A DNA stretch of 64,000 nucleotides from a virus (IMGVR_UViG_3300049460_000121:1-64000); one strand, 5' to 3'. Counted from the stretch's first letter, positions 22,132-32,640 are shown. Notes: generated from the letters alone by a model not told the origin. Numbers and translations: made by a program.

Positions 22132-23049
22132 TTACACGTCCAGCATCAGACGGTACGTGTCAAACTTCTCACGCACCCGATGCAGGAATACTTCCTCCAC
22201 GCGGACATTTCTGGAACGCACTAGACGAGGACGATTCTTCTTGAAGCGGGTTGACTCTTTGAGTCGATCGTTTATCTCGCCTACTTTAAGCCCATCAACA
22301 ACGCACTGGGTTACTTCCGTCATCAACATCCCCATCTCGAAAGCTGGGAAATCCTCGATGACGTACACTTCGTAGTTCTCCCCAAACTGCGAGAGTCCCA
22401 CGGTGTACAGAGAGTTAGGATCACCTGGTTTGTCCGCCGCTGTCCCCATAATGGAGTAGCCATTGGATTCTACCGAAGCAGCCACATACCGGCGAGCATG
22501 CCGTTCTTCACAACGGTCAGCGAACGCCTGCATGTTCTCTTCTGTACAAGCATCATCTTCCACGAGTTTGATCAGCTCCTGGCGATAGTTGTTGTCCTTA
22601 GCGGAGGATTCAACAGCCATGGCCGCGTATGCGATCGACTGCGAGCCCAGGTACTTGTCCGCGGACGGACAGAGCTCGAAGAGGTTCATCATGGAAGACT
22701 GGGTCGGATGAAACCGATCCAACTGGAAGGAGCGTCCCTTGTCGCCCTTGTCGGCGTCTTGGAGGAACTTGCTGTCTTCCAGCAGAACTGGCTCATCGAT
22801 GCGGTCGATCTTATCGTCGACCAGACCCATGCGTACTACTTTACCACCTTCGCAGTTTACGAACATTTCACCCAATCCCCGAGCAACCAGGTACTGCGCA
22901 AAGTTCGACCAACCTTCCTTGATTGCGCTCCACCCGAAGACGGTGGCCTCAAAGTACAGGTTGAATTCTTTCGTTGGAACGAAGTACACCAAGTTAATGC
23001 ACACGCACTTACCTGGAAACATATCCCCCAGCTTTACCAGCTTCTTCAC
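22132..23049 (-). CDS. Hypothetical protein, C-terminal DUF4262-like segment
   Basis: YTVGLS..G..E motif; AAGGAG RBS. Confidence 0.6.
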   Translation of the reverse strand: MKKLVKLGDMFPGKCVCINLVYFVPTKEFNLYFEATVFGWSAIKEGWSNFAQYLVARGLGEMFVNCEGGKVVRMGLVDDKIDRIDEPVLLEDSKFLQDADKGDKGRSFQLDRFHPTQSSMMNLFELCPSADKYLGSQSIAYAAMAVESSAKDNNYRQELIKLVEDDACTEENMQAFADRCEERHARRYVAASVESNGYSIMGTAADKPGDPNSLYTVGLSQFGENYEVYVIEDFPAFEMGMLMTEVTQCVVDGLKVGEINDRLKESTRFKKNRPRLVRSRNVRVEEVFLHRVREKFDTYRLMLDV

Positions 23050-23067
23050 TACCCACTCCTTAACGAA

Positions 23068-23796
23068 TCAGTTCACTTCTTTTGCGAGGAAGTGTGCGGC
23101 TTGCGCTTCAAAGACCTGTCTTCCCACAGTGGCTTTGATCGCTTGACCGGTATACGTGTAGAACACCACAGACGCCATGAAGACTTCCTGGCGCTTGATC
23201 AGCTCTTCAGCCGAGAGGACGTTGCCGGAGCGAGTGAACTCCTGCCATAGGCCGTTCAGGTACTTGCAGCCGTGTCCCGAGAAGTTCTGCAAGATGTCAG
23301 CATCGCGCAGCATCTTTTGCAGACTGGTGGTGGGCTCGTGGATGAATGGGAATTCAGTAACCCGGATGAGTCCTTTGATCCCGTCCTTGTTGAAGCGAAG
23401 CCAATCACGCGTCTCAGGATCTTTGATGCAGGCCACAGCACCGTCGATGAAGAGGAACGCTTCAAGGATGTTCTCATGGTCAGGACGAATACCACCGGAA
23501 TGGTTAACGTCATGCAGGCACGCAGCAGCGAGCAACAACTTCAGCTGACCCTTATCGAAGGCCAACGAATCGCTCAAGTACAGCTTACCGCACCAGGACA
23601 CCATGTTTAGTAGATGCTGTTCATTGTGGTACGGTAGCGAATCCGCCCGATTGTGTTCCTGAACGTAGGACCACAGATGAATCAAGCCCATCTGGTCCAA
23701 CAGGTTGATTGCGTAAACGGCAGTGACCTGCTCGTCGATGGTCAACTGAGCGGCTGGCAGTTGGCGCTTCTGCGCCTGAGGTACTTGATCATTCAT
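23068..23796 (-). CDS. HD-domain phosphohydrolase, PDE-like motifs
   Basis: LPYHNEQH, AAACLHDVNHSG, LRDADILQ. Confidence 0.85.
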   Translation of the reverse strand: MNDQVPQAQKRQLPAAQLTIDEQVTAVYAINLLDQMGLIHLWSYVQEHNRADSLPYHNEQHLLNMVSWCGKLYLSDSLAFDKGQLKLLLAAACLHDVNHSGGIRPDHENILEAFLFIDGAVACIKDPETRDWLRFNKDGIKGLIRVTEFPFIHEPTTSLQKMLRDADILQNFSGHGCKYLNGLWQEFTRSGNVLSAEELIKRQEVFMASVVFYTYTGQAIKATVGRQVFEAQAAHFLAKEVN

Positions 23797-24497
23797 CAGA
23801 GGCGATCCTGGTGGGTGACTGGGTTAGATACGTAGCTGCGGTTGATCACGGATACATGACCGTCAAGGAACGGGAACCACTTGAACAACATAGCCATGAC
23901 CTCTTCCATCGTCACGTCGAGCGGCGGTAGAGCGAAGCCCTGGCAGTGAGCGTGGTGGATGGTGAACGGACGAGCCTCACCAAAGAAACTAACTTCCCCG
24001 GTAACGATGACGTCCCAGTTGATGTCGTCAGGCCGCTCTTCAGGATCACCGTTCGCAATGCGGAATACGGCACCCTGAACCAATGGCACGTAGATATCGC
24101 CACGACCGTGGATAGTTGCACCGTCGGTTCGCATATTGTCCACATCACCGCGCGCCTTGGCTGCGTACAGATTCTGCATTGTCTGAGAGATGAACTGAAT
24201 GTCATTCTCCCAATACGCTGCACGAGAACCCACCAGCCGGATATCCATGCCGAACAACGCGTTCACCATGTTTTTGGCCAACACCCGAAAGTTGCTCGAG
24301 GTCATGCCGTTACGACGAGTGTTGGTGGCAGAGACGTCGTAGAAGACTTTCTCGTAGTGACCGGTACCATTGGCTGCTTGAAAGCCGTAGGAGATCAGTG
24401 GCAGGTCTTTCAAACTAACAACTCGCTGCACTGCAACTGGGACAACGCGCAAGGAGCTGGATTCGAACTCAGCTTCTTTCAATGCTTGCAATGTCAT
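23796..24497 (-). CDS. Hypothetical protein
   Basis: TGATG coupling to the HD gene. Confidence 0.65.
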   Translation of the reverse strand: MTLQALKEAEFESSSLRVVPVAVQRVVSLKDLPLISYGFQAANGTGHYEKVFYDVSATNTRRNGMTSSNFRVLAKNMVNALFGMDIRLVGSRAAYWENDIQFISQTMQNLYAAKARGDVDNMRTDGATIHGRGDIYVPLVQGAVFRIANGDPEERPDDINWDVIVTGEVSFFGEARPFTIHHAHCQGFALPPLDVTMEEVMAMLFKWFPFLDGHVSVINRSYVSNPVTHQDRL

Positions 24498-24520
24498 CTT
24501 TCTATCCTTGTAATGGTGGA

Positions 24521-24769
24521 TTATGATTTACCGCGGGTTTGACACTTGACGTAGAACGTCACAATGGCGCCGTTATCCGTCTTGATTTTGCCGACGATGT
24601 AGTTCTCGCCACGACCGGTTACTTCAGTGTCCGGCATGTCGTCGATATAAGCCGACATCGATCTACGACACTCGGCCAGGTTAACGATAGGCATGGACAC
24701 CAGAGCCGGTATCGTGCCATTACCCCGGTCTGAAATACCGGTGACAATCATGGTTGCGAGTAAGTCCAT
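24521..24769 (-). CDS. Hypothetical protein
   Basis: TAATG coupling. Confidence 0.5.
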   Translation of the reverse strand: MDLLATMIVTGISDRGNGTIPALVSMPIVNLAECRRSMSAYIDDMPDTEVTGRGENYIVGKIKTDNGAIVTFYVKCQTRGKS

Positions 24770-25110
24770 TAGGCGTCCCATCCTGTTTCATCGCTAAGAG
24801 AATCCGATTCTTTCGTCCGGCAAGCTGCGCAGACGTCATAGATCGGACCACTACTACCCTCTTCGAAGTCTCGATGAGGTTTGACGATCAGATTAGCCCC
24901 TTTGCACCAGTCACACGTACCAACGTTGTGCTGATCCATGAGGTGTTCTTTCGCTACGTCGATGTGCTCGCTGCAATAGAACTGTGTTTCGGAGTAACCT
25001 CCCTCCTTAACGACAACGACCAACTTATACGTAGACGGACTGTTGCAGGCTTGACAGCCGTACATCTCGTGACGTTCTAACGGAATCGCATCGCCTAATT
25101 TTCGACTCAT
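24769..25110 (-). CDS. Cys-rich zinc-finger protein
   Basis: CQAC, C..H, CDWC, CAAC motifs. Confidence 0.6.
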   Translation of the reverse strand: MSRKLGDAIPLERHEMYGCQACNSPSTYKLVVVVKEGGYSETQFYCSEHIDVAKEHLMDQHNVGTCDWCKGANLIVKPHRDFEEGSSGPIYDVCAACRTKESDSLSDETGWDA

Positions 25111-25195
25111 TCCTAGGGCCTCGATGGCATAAGGCCCATTGCTGTATAACAATGGGCTGTTATGTAAATAATTACATCAAACTACAAGCGCGAAC

Positions 25196-25804
25196 TTAGT
25201 ACATCCAGTTCGGACGGTCGACTTCACCGGCCACCAACTTACCATCGCATTCGCGAACGATATTGTGGGATTTGCCGGCTGATGGGTAGGTCAGGTACTT
25301 GAACTCGCCACCGGCGTCAGTGCCAGTGCGGACTTCGAACTTGGCCTGCGGGATGGAGAGGTCGTTGACACGGGATTCAGGATCAGGCCAGGACTGAGTG
25401 CCACGGTTGATCCAGTGAGTGCACACGCCAGCTACGTGATAGATCGGCACGTTACCATCTTCACCAGCCAACTGGTTCATGCGACGCACGGCTTCGACCG
25501 AATAGTCGCGACGAGCTTCGAAGTGTGCACGCCACCAGCTACGCAGGGCGTTGGAGGCGTCAGTACCGGCGTCGAGCAACTCGTTGGCACGCTTCGGTTG
25601 ACCGTCGATCAGATCAGTCAATTCTTTGACCAACATCTCTTCGATACGCTGGTCGTTAGCGAACTCGTCACCGAAGGCCTTGGTGACGTATTCCGGCACT
25701 TCTTTGCCGAGGAAGGTCAGCAAGTAACCCAGGCTGTCAGCGGCGGCCTGGATACGGATGTTACGGGAAGTAGGGTTTTTGGCATCATCGTAGAATTGTT
25801 GCAT
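25196..25804 (-). CDS. Hypothetical protein, paralogue of the upstream gene plus extra C-terminal domain
   Basis: Shared LG..PE.V / ND.RIE.ML / WW..H pattern. Confidence 0.7.
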   Translation of the reverse strand: MQQFYDDAKNPTSRNIRIQAAADSLGYLLTFLGKEVPEYVTKAFGDEFANDQRIEEMLVKELTDLIDGQPKRANELLDAGTDASNALRSWWRAHFEARRDYSVEAVRRMNQLAGEDGNVPIYHVAGVCTHWINRGTQSWPDPESRVNDLSIPQAKFEVRTGTDAGGEFKYLTYPSAGKSHNIVRECDGKLVAGEVDRPNWMY

Positions 25805-25809
25805 GGTGT

Positions 25810-26247
25810 TTAGTCCTTCTGTTCAGGAATGAAGTTGTTGGTTGTGTCCCACAGGTCGGTCAGGCCTAGCAAAGCGGCCTCAGTGCGGGTGAGTTTATTG
25901 ATCGCAGTAACGACCATTTCCTGCTGCTTCACCGGAAACGGACTTTCTTTGCCTTCTAACACGGCATCCTGGATCTGGTGTTCCATCCACCAGGCATTCA
26001 GGTCTTTGACCCAATACTGACCCGATGCATTGATCTTCGCCGTTTCCTCGGAACTCAGGCTACCCAACAGCTCGCAGAGCATCGGTTCGATGCGGCGGTC
26101 ATTGGGATAGCCGTTGCGGTACTGACTATCGACCAACTCAGGTATTGGACGACCAAGCTCCAGTAAGAGGTTCCGGAGGATAGTTACAGCTTTACTGATA
26201 CGTTCCTCAGTTTCTGTCTGCGCGGGTCTTCCGTCGTAGCATGGCAT
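25810..26247 (-). CDS. Hypothetical phage protein (MPCYDG type)
   Basis: Pattern shared with its neighbour. Confidence 0.7.
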   Translation of the reverse strand: MPCYDGRPAQTETEERISKAVTILRNLLLELGRPIPELVDSQYRNGYPNDRRIEPMLCELLGSLSSEETAKINASGQYWVKDLNAWWMEHQIQDAVLEGKESPFPVKQQEMVVTAINKLTRTEAALLGLTDLWDTTNNFIPEQKD

Positions 26248-26256
26248 GTTGCGCCC

Positions 26257-26490
26257 TTACTGTATTCTTCGTGCTCTAATGAACCCCTGCATGATCAGAA
26301 ACTCGACCATGGCTTCGGGGGAAGGTTTACGGCCGCGGTGGGTCAGGGACAACTCAACCTCTTCTGGGTTGAATGCCTTGAGGATGCGGTACTCCTCGGG
26401 TAACGTGAGGTGATCTCCATCAATATAGAAGATCATTTCCTCAGTAGCGGTTAGGTCTAATGCATTACCGGTAAAGTTGATAATAGACAT
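26257..26490 (-). CDS. Hypothetical protein
   Basis: Short ORF overlapping the DHFR end. Confidence 0.45.
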   Translation of the reverse strand: MSIINFTGNALDLTATEEMIFYIDGDHLTLPEEYRILKAFNPEEVELSLTHRGRKPSPEAMVEFLIMQGFIRARRIQ

Positions 26491-27037
26491 GAGAGAGGAT
26501 TCCATTGTCATGCTTGACGCTCTCAAGTGTTTGGAAGCGCCATTCCTTAACGCCGTTCTCGAACTTGACAAACGTGTCGCAAGCATCTTCACTCGCCACC
26601 ACTGTCAACTCGACTTTGGAGCAGTAAGGCAACATCGCCTCGTAGATCTGTGCCCCACCGATCACGTAGATCCATTCCGTCTCGAAAGAGTTCGCAAGAT
26701 CCAGTGCCGCTTGAACGGAACCAACAACATGGATTTCAGCCGGCCACTCAGTTTCAGGTGTCGGTCGATCGCGACTGGTGATCACGATATTGATACGACC
26801 TGGCAGAGGCTTCCCGATGGACATGTAGGTGTTGTAACCTTGGATCACTACATTGCCCAGGGTGAAGGCCTTAAACCTCGGCAGATCGCCTTTGAGACGC
26901 CCCCACGGCAGATCGTTCTTCATGCCGATCCCACCGTACTCTGTCATTGCCAGAATAGCCACGAGTTTAGGATCAGGGGTGACAGGTGCAGGACGTTTGA
27001 GTTGTTCCAACCGCTTTCGCCATGATTCATAACGCAT
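26465..27037 (-). CDS. folA: Dihydrofolate reductase
   Basis: GIG..NDLPW..L.GDL..FK..T, GKPLPGR.NIVIT, IGGAQIY, CDTF. Confidence 0.95.
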   Translation of the reverse strand: MRYESWRKRLEQLKRPAPVTPDPKLVAILAMTEYGGIGMKNDLPWGRLKGDLPRFKAFTLGNVVIQGYNTYMSIGKPLPGRINIVITSRDRPTPETEWPAEIHVVGSVQAALDLANSFETEWIYVIGGAQIYEAMLPYCSKVELTVVASEDACDTFVKFENGVKEWRFQTLESVKHDNGILSHVYYQLYR

Positions 27038-27058
27038 TACTAGCTTCCTCAGCTATTC

Positions 27059-27520
27059 TTAATAACGGGCATTGACCGTAACATCGACCAACACGGTGCC
27101 AACGAACTGGATCGAGGATTTCTTAGCGGTTATACGGACCCGCTGTTGACCCATGTACATGTTGGCGCGGAACACGTCGACTTGATCCTCAGGGATCTTC
27201 AACATGTTGAGTACATAGCGCAGTTCGCCGTAGGAGTAATCCCTCAAAGCGAATGACCGCACGCTGAACTCGTTCACCCAGTCTTCCAACTTGTCACGGT
27301 CGTAGAAGTACCAGATGTTTTTCTTGTAGCCTTTAACAGTAGCGTTTATTTTGGTATTGGGTTCTCCTGCTTTCTTACGCACGGTTCTTGGATCAGCGAG
27401 GACAATCTCACCTAGTCGATCAACACCACCGTTGAACACTAACTCGGGGTGCTTATCGACTAGGATATTGATTATGGCGCGCTTGATCGTTTCGATAGCT
27501 GGTGTTCTAGTATCGAACAT
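27059..27520 (-). CDS. Distant member of the YRRLDL structural-domain family
   Basis: PNTKI, FYDR..L, ITAK.SS..FVG pattern. Confidence 0.5.
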   Translation of the reverse strand: MFDTRTPAIETIKRAIINILVDKHPELVFNGGVDRLGEIVLADPRTVRKKAGEPNTKINATVKGYKKNIWYFYDRDKLEDWVNEFSVRSFALRDYSYGELRYVLNMLKIPEDQVDVFRANMYMGQQRVRITAKKSSIQFVGTVLVDVTVNARY

Positions 27521-27549
27521 GATCGTCCTTAGGATGATTGATCAGTTGT

Positions 27550-27574
27550 ATAATGTATCATCACGATCAGTTTA
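27550..27574 (-). promoter_or_regulatory. Putative early promoter (TAAA-N11-GATACATTAT)
   Basis: Recurrent motif. Confidence 0.55.
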
Positions 27575-27576
27575 CA

Positions 27577-27960
27577 TCAGTGGACCGTTGTCCAGCGGTT
27601 CTCGTAGTAGTCCGAGTGCTCCTCGTCCTCTTTCGATGAAAGATCTAGCGCGTGGTAGCCACGATGCTCGTTCTTCCAGATGTCCACCCAGAGGAGTGTG
27701 ATCTCGCGTCCTCTGTAAGCCTTGCCTACGAAACCTGGTTTGGTGGTGTGCGCAAGTAGCTCATGGAACGCTGCCCTTGAGACTTCCCGCGCCTTGGTGT
27801 AGTCAGGGTGATGTCCACCCCTCGACAGCCAATCACTGATCACCACCAAACTCCCAGATTCCTTAACGTCCGCAACAAACAACGAAGGTCCATGAAACTC
27901 TGACCAGTAGTCGCCTGGCCGTGGATCCTCCAACATTTCCTTGATCGTCTTCCGAGGCAT
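27577..27960 (-). CDS. Hypothetical protein
   Basis: AAGGA RBS; P.PGDYWSE motif. Confidence 0.65.
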   Translation of the reverse strand: MPRKTIKEMLEDPRPGDYWSEFHGPSLFVADVKESGSLVVISDWLSRGGHHPDYTKAREVSRAAFHELLAHTTKPGFVGKAYRGREITLLWVDIWKNEHRGYHALDLSSKEDEEHSDYYENRWTTVH

Positions 27961-27969
27961 GGCTAATCC

Positions 27970-28350
27970 TTAGGCAATGTAATCGACGAAATACTCAGCG
28001 TGGATAACTTTAGCTCTAGGGTCTTCGCGTCTTCGCAAGTATTGTTGCATACCTACGAAGGCCTCGGTGCGGATGCAGAACGGAGTGACGTATGGTGCCA
28101 CACACGGTTGCCAACGATCCATCTGGATGCTGTATTCACGAACTTCGTACACGGCCTTGACGATAGCTTCCTCGCCAATGGACGTCACCACTTCCAGATG
28201 AAGAACGCTGGTACATTGTTCATCAGGCTTGATCGGACAGAACGCATAGGAGCCCATGCGATATTCGCCATTCTCATGGATCGAGATAGATTCATTCTTC
28301 GATTCGGTGCTATTGCTTTTAATGATGCCGAATGACTTACGCGTAACCAT
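27970..28350 (-). CDS. Hypothetical protein
   Basis: AGGGG RBS before MVTRKS. Confidence 0.55.
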   Translation of the reverse strand: MVTRKSFGIIKSNSTESKNESISIHENGEYRMGSYAFCPIKPDEQCTSVLHLEVVTSIGEEAIVKAVYEVREYSIQMDRWQPCVAPYVTPFCIRTEAFVGMQQYLRRREDPRAKVIHAEYFVDYIA

Positions 28351-28398
28351 GGTGAAGCCCCTAATGGAACGGGGGAGAAACCCTCCCCCAAGCAATCC

Positions 28399-28701
28399 TT
28401 ACACAGCCACGGGAATGTCCAAGAACCCCCTGTGGCTGTAGCCGCTGAAACTTACCGCATCAAGCGTGAAGTCATCGATCTCTTTGAGATCACGCTCGAA
28501 GTGGATACGCACATCGCAGTCAGGCATCGACTCACGACTCAATTGTTCCTTGATCGCATCGATCTGATTCACGTAGATGTGTGAGTCCCCACCGACCCAG
28601 GTCAACGACGCTGCTTCCATATTGGTAACGTGAGCCACCACATGGACCAGCAAGGCGTACTGCGCGACGTTAAACGGCGTACCCAGCGGGGTGTCGCTTG
28701 A
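28399..28701 (-). CDS. thyA: Thymidylate synthase, exon 2
   Basis: SSDTPLGTPFNVAQYALL, GDSHIY.NQ, C-terminal PVAV. Confidence 0.95.
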   Translation of the reverse strand, partial: SSDTPLGTPFNVAQYALLVHVVAHVTNMEAASLTWVGGDSHIYVNQIDAIKEQLSRESMPDCDVRIHFERDLKEIDDFTLDAVSFSGYSHRGFLDIPVAV

Positions 28702-29824
28702 CATTATGTTCAGAGTTGTTCGTTACTCAACTCTCGAGGTACCACCTGGTAAGTGGCATATTTGGGGTTATTACTCTTGACTCGATGGGTAATCAGGGCT
28801 GGAGAAACCCCTAGCGAGCGAGCCGCTTCCGATTGTGACTTATACCGGATTCCATCGATCAGTATTTCATTCGTGTTTGGAGGTAACGTACCCTTCCTTG
28901 ATTCGGAAGCGCGGCGTTTGAATTCCTCCGTGTGTTTCTTACCGTAGAACGGGTTCTTCTCACCTGTTCTGAGTTTGGCCAACTCCGAATGCTTCTGACG
29001 AAACGCATCGGTGTGCTTATGGCCAACGCAGTACGTGTTACCGGTGTGGAAATCCCTCAACTTTGCTCGCACTTCCTCCGTATGGGATCTACCATACATG
29101 GGGTTATTCTCCCCAGATTGGCGCTCGCTAGCCTTCCTACGGTCTTCATCTGTCCATTCCGCATAACGTCTACGGACACCCTGAGTCATCTTCTCGATGA
29201 TCTCTAACCGCTTAGGATTCCTCGTTAGGTTATCCCCACCCTCTGCACCCAATCCAATGTTCAGAAGATGTTGATTCTCTACGTGTTCTCGAATAGCCAA
29301 TACTTCGGCTTCGCGAGCTTCCTTGACGGTGGGATACTCCCACGTACTCTCATGAAGAGTGGTGTGGCCTGAATCCCAAAGCTCCTGCATCATCAGGTTG
29401 TGGTGCTTACCTTTAGCGAGGAGTAGACGATGAATCTGAAGCCGTCTTCCCACATTCGCAGTACTGCCGATGTAGAAGAACTGTGTATTTTGGAACCGAA
29501 TGAAATAAACATAACCTTTAGACATTCTATCACCTATGACATTGCTCTGGGATTACCATACAATACACAGATGATACCTCAGCTACCTATCGCTAGGTAG
29601 AGCAGACTATATCACGATCTCTTCCTGAGACCCCTCCCGTTTCCACTCCACTTGGAGTGTACGCCCGTCGTTACCCATGATGCTTCCATTCGGGTCTTAG
29701 GCTAGTCGTTGGACACATCCTTCATTGAAGGACTTTGTAACGGATTGTCTCTTTCGAGAGTTTCCCGTTTTAGGGAGGTTATTCGACTAAGGTTACCCTT
29801 AGAAGGCGCTCAAGCTTACGCTTA
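28702..29824 (-). mobile_element. Self-splicing group I intron (IA2-like) in thyA
   Basis: 5' exon ends in U with P1 (UGCGU/GCGUA); P10 GCUUGA pairs with exon-2 UCAAGC; P AAACGGGAA, Q AAUCCGUU, P3 CCUCCC/GGGAGG, R CAACGACUA, S GAUAUAGUC; ends UCUGAACAUAAUG (omega G); splicing restores M-R-S-S-D in frame. Confidence 0.95.
28710..29525 (-). CDS. Intron-encoded GIY-YIG homing endonuclease (I-TevI/I-BmoI-like)
   Basis: GYVY...FYIGST, R...H, E, LN; NUMOD3-type repeats GENNPMYGRSH and GEKNPFYGKKH; C-terminal HTH. Confidence 0.95.
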   Translation of the reverse strand: MSKGYVYFIRFQNTQFFYIGSTANVGRRLQIHRLLLAKGKHHNLMMQELWDSGHTTLHESTWEYPTVKEAREAEVLAIREHVENQHLLNIGLGAEGGDNLTRNPKRLEIIEKMTQGVRRRYAEWTDEDRRKASERQSGENNPMYGRSHTEEVRAKLRDFHTGNTYCVGHKHTDAFRQKHSELAKLRTGEKNPFYGKKHTEEFKRRASESRKGTLPPNTNEILIDGIRYKSQSEAARSLGVSPALITHRVKSNNPKYATYQVVPRELSNEQL

Positions 29825-31234
<1,410 letters not shown>

Positions 31235-32032
31235 TTACACCGCTTGCGCGATGTCGTTTTGCATGGTCTCGTAGGCCTTGTAGTGCTCCATCAGCCACTC
31301 ATGAGACATCGGAGAACCGTCGATACCAGCTTTCGCCAGCATGGCAGGTGCTTGATCCAGCAGGTACTGCGACCAGTTCTCGAACTTCAGCTCTTTGACT
31401 TCAGGAGCGTCGAATTCCATCCAGGCCGGAGCACTGATGTCGTCTTCACCGGAACGGAAAGCAACACCGTCAGCCAGTTGGAACACGCAGACGATAGCCA
31501 GGTGAGTACTACCCACGTCGTCAGCTGGTTCGTAGATCACGCCGATGTCGTGCATGATGCCGTATGGAGGCGGCAGCTTGGCAGCAGAAACGTCGGAGTA
31601 GTCGTAACCGACTGGTGCAGTCAGTTGCAGCTCTTCGTACAGTTCACGGTAACCGGAAGCCATAACGGTAGCCACTGGATCCAGAACGCCTTGTGGGGTC
31701 CACACGAAGTCGATGATGTCGACGTGACCGCCGAAGCCGCACGAGTTATCACGCAGGCGGGTTTCGGTACCGTTGGAACCACGCAGGTATTTCACAAACT
31801 TCTTGCCGGTGGAGTCTACCACCAACATGTACAGAATCGGGTGAACGATGCTGAGATCTTCTTCCATCGCCAGGCGGGTCTTGCAGACAACATCACCAGT
31901 CAACCCCGCCAGTACTTGCACAGGGTCCTGGATCGACAGCTTATTGACGTCGGTGACCAGTGCTGCAACAGCTGACCGGTTGAAACCGAGGATCAGTTCC
32001 TTCTTCTTCGCGTATTCCAAATGTTGATTCAT
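31235..32032 (-). CDS. NUDIX-family phosphoesterase
   Basis: Y.R....E.RL, S.GFGGHV, RELYEEL, VG.THL, ENWSQ. Confidence 0.85.
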   Translation of the reverse strand: MNQHLEYAKKKELILGFNRSAVAALVTDVNKLSIQDPVQVLAGLTGDVVCKTRLAMEEDLSIVHPILYMLVVDSTGKKFVKYLRGSNGTETRLRDNSCGFGGHVDIIDFVWTPQGVLDPVATVMASGYRELYEELQLTAPVGYDYSDVSAAKLPPPYGIMHDIGVIYEPADDVGSTHLAIVCVFQLADGVAFRSGEDDISAPAWMEFDAPEVKELKFENWSQYLLDQAPAMLAKAGIDGSPMSHEWLMEHYKAYETMQNDIAQAV

Positions 32033-32097
32033 GCTAGACCTTTAATCACGGTGAGAGACACACTACAGTTCGTAAGATACGTGCAGTGTGTATTCTT

Positions 32098-32577
32098 TTA
32101 CTCTCTACCGCAAAGTCGCATGAAGTCCGTGTATTCCTCGTGAGTCTTGAAGTGATCGTGGATAATGGCGTACGAGGTATCCTTGTTATTGATGAGCTCG
32201 CGTAGGATCACCGCGTAGGCGTAAGGGCTTGGGTTCTCAGCCAACTCATCGATGATCCCTAGGGTGTAAATCCGATCCTCAATGGGCGGGACTGTCCCTT
32301 GGATCATCCAACGGGTTCTGTCGAAGAGGATGGTGTTCTGCGGTTCCAGCCCCAAGCGCTCACAGACGCGTATGAGGTGGATAGCGAACACCAATGAGTA
32401 GTCATCGCCGGTATTACCTAACAACTCCCCTACGACCTCTGGTGGGATATTTTCACCACCTCCATACTTCAGGGTTGCTTTCCTCAACCTTCTTTTGAAC
32501 GCCATCTCATCGAGTCGGCGGAGGAGGTGGTCGATACGAATTTTCACGAACAGGGCCAAACGTTGCAGTAACTGCAT
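32098..32577 (-). CDS. Hypothetical protein
   Basis: AAGGAG RBS, downstream of a TACATTAC motif. Confidence 0.65.
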   Translation of the reverse strand: MQLLQRLALFVKIRIDHLLRRLDEMAFKRRLRKATLKYGGGENIPPEVVGELLGNTGDDYSLVFAIHLIRVCERLGLEPQNTILFDRTRWMIQGTVPPIEDRIYTLGIIDELAENPSPYAYAVILRELINNKDTSYAIIHDHFKTHEEYTDFMRLCGRE

Positions 32578-32616
32578 AAAGGACTCCTTACATTACCGTA
32601 GCGGATTTACACCACG

Positions 32617-32640
32617 GTAATGTATTGCTCAAGAATGTTA
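32617..32640 (-). promoter_or_regulatory. Putative early promoter (AATACATTAC) overlapping an 11-bp inverted repeat
   Basis: Recurrent motif; TACATTACCGT/ACGGTAATGTA. Confidence 0.5.

Noticed and set aside
28399-28704. Stand-alone 101-aa ThyA C-terminal gene, or thyA pseudogene
   Set aside because: The ATG is the last three nucleotides of the intron; splicing restores an intact frame
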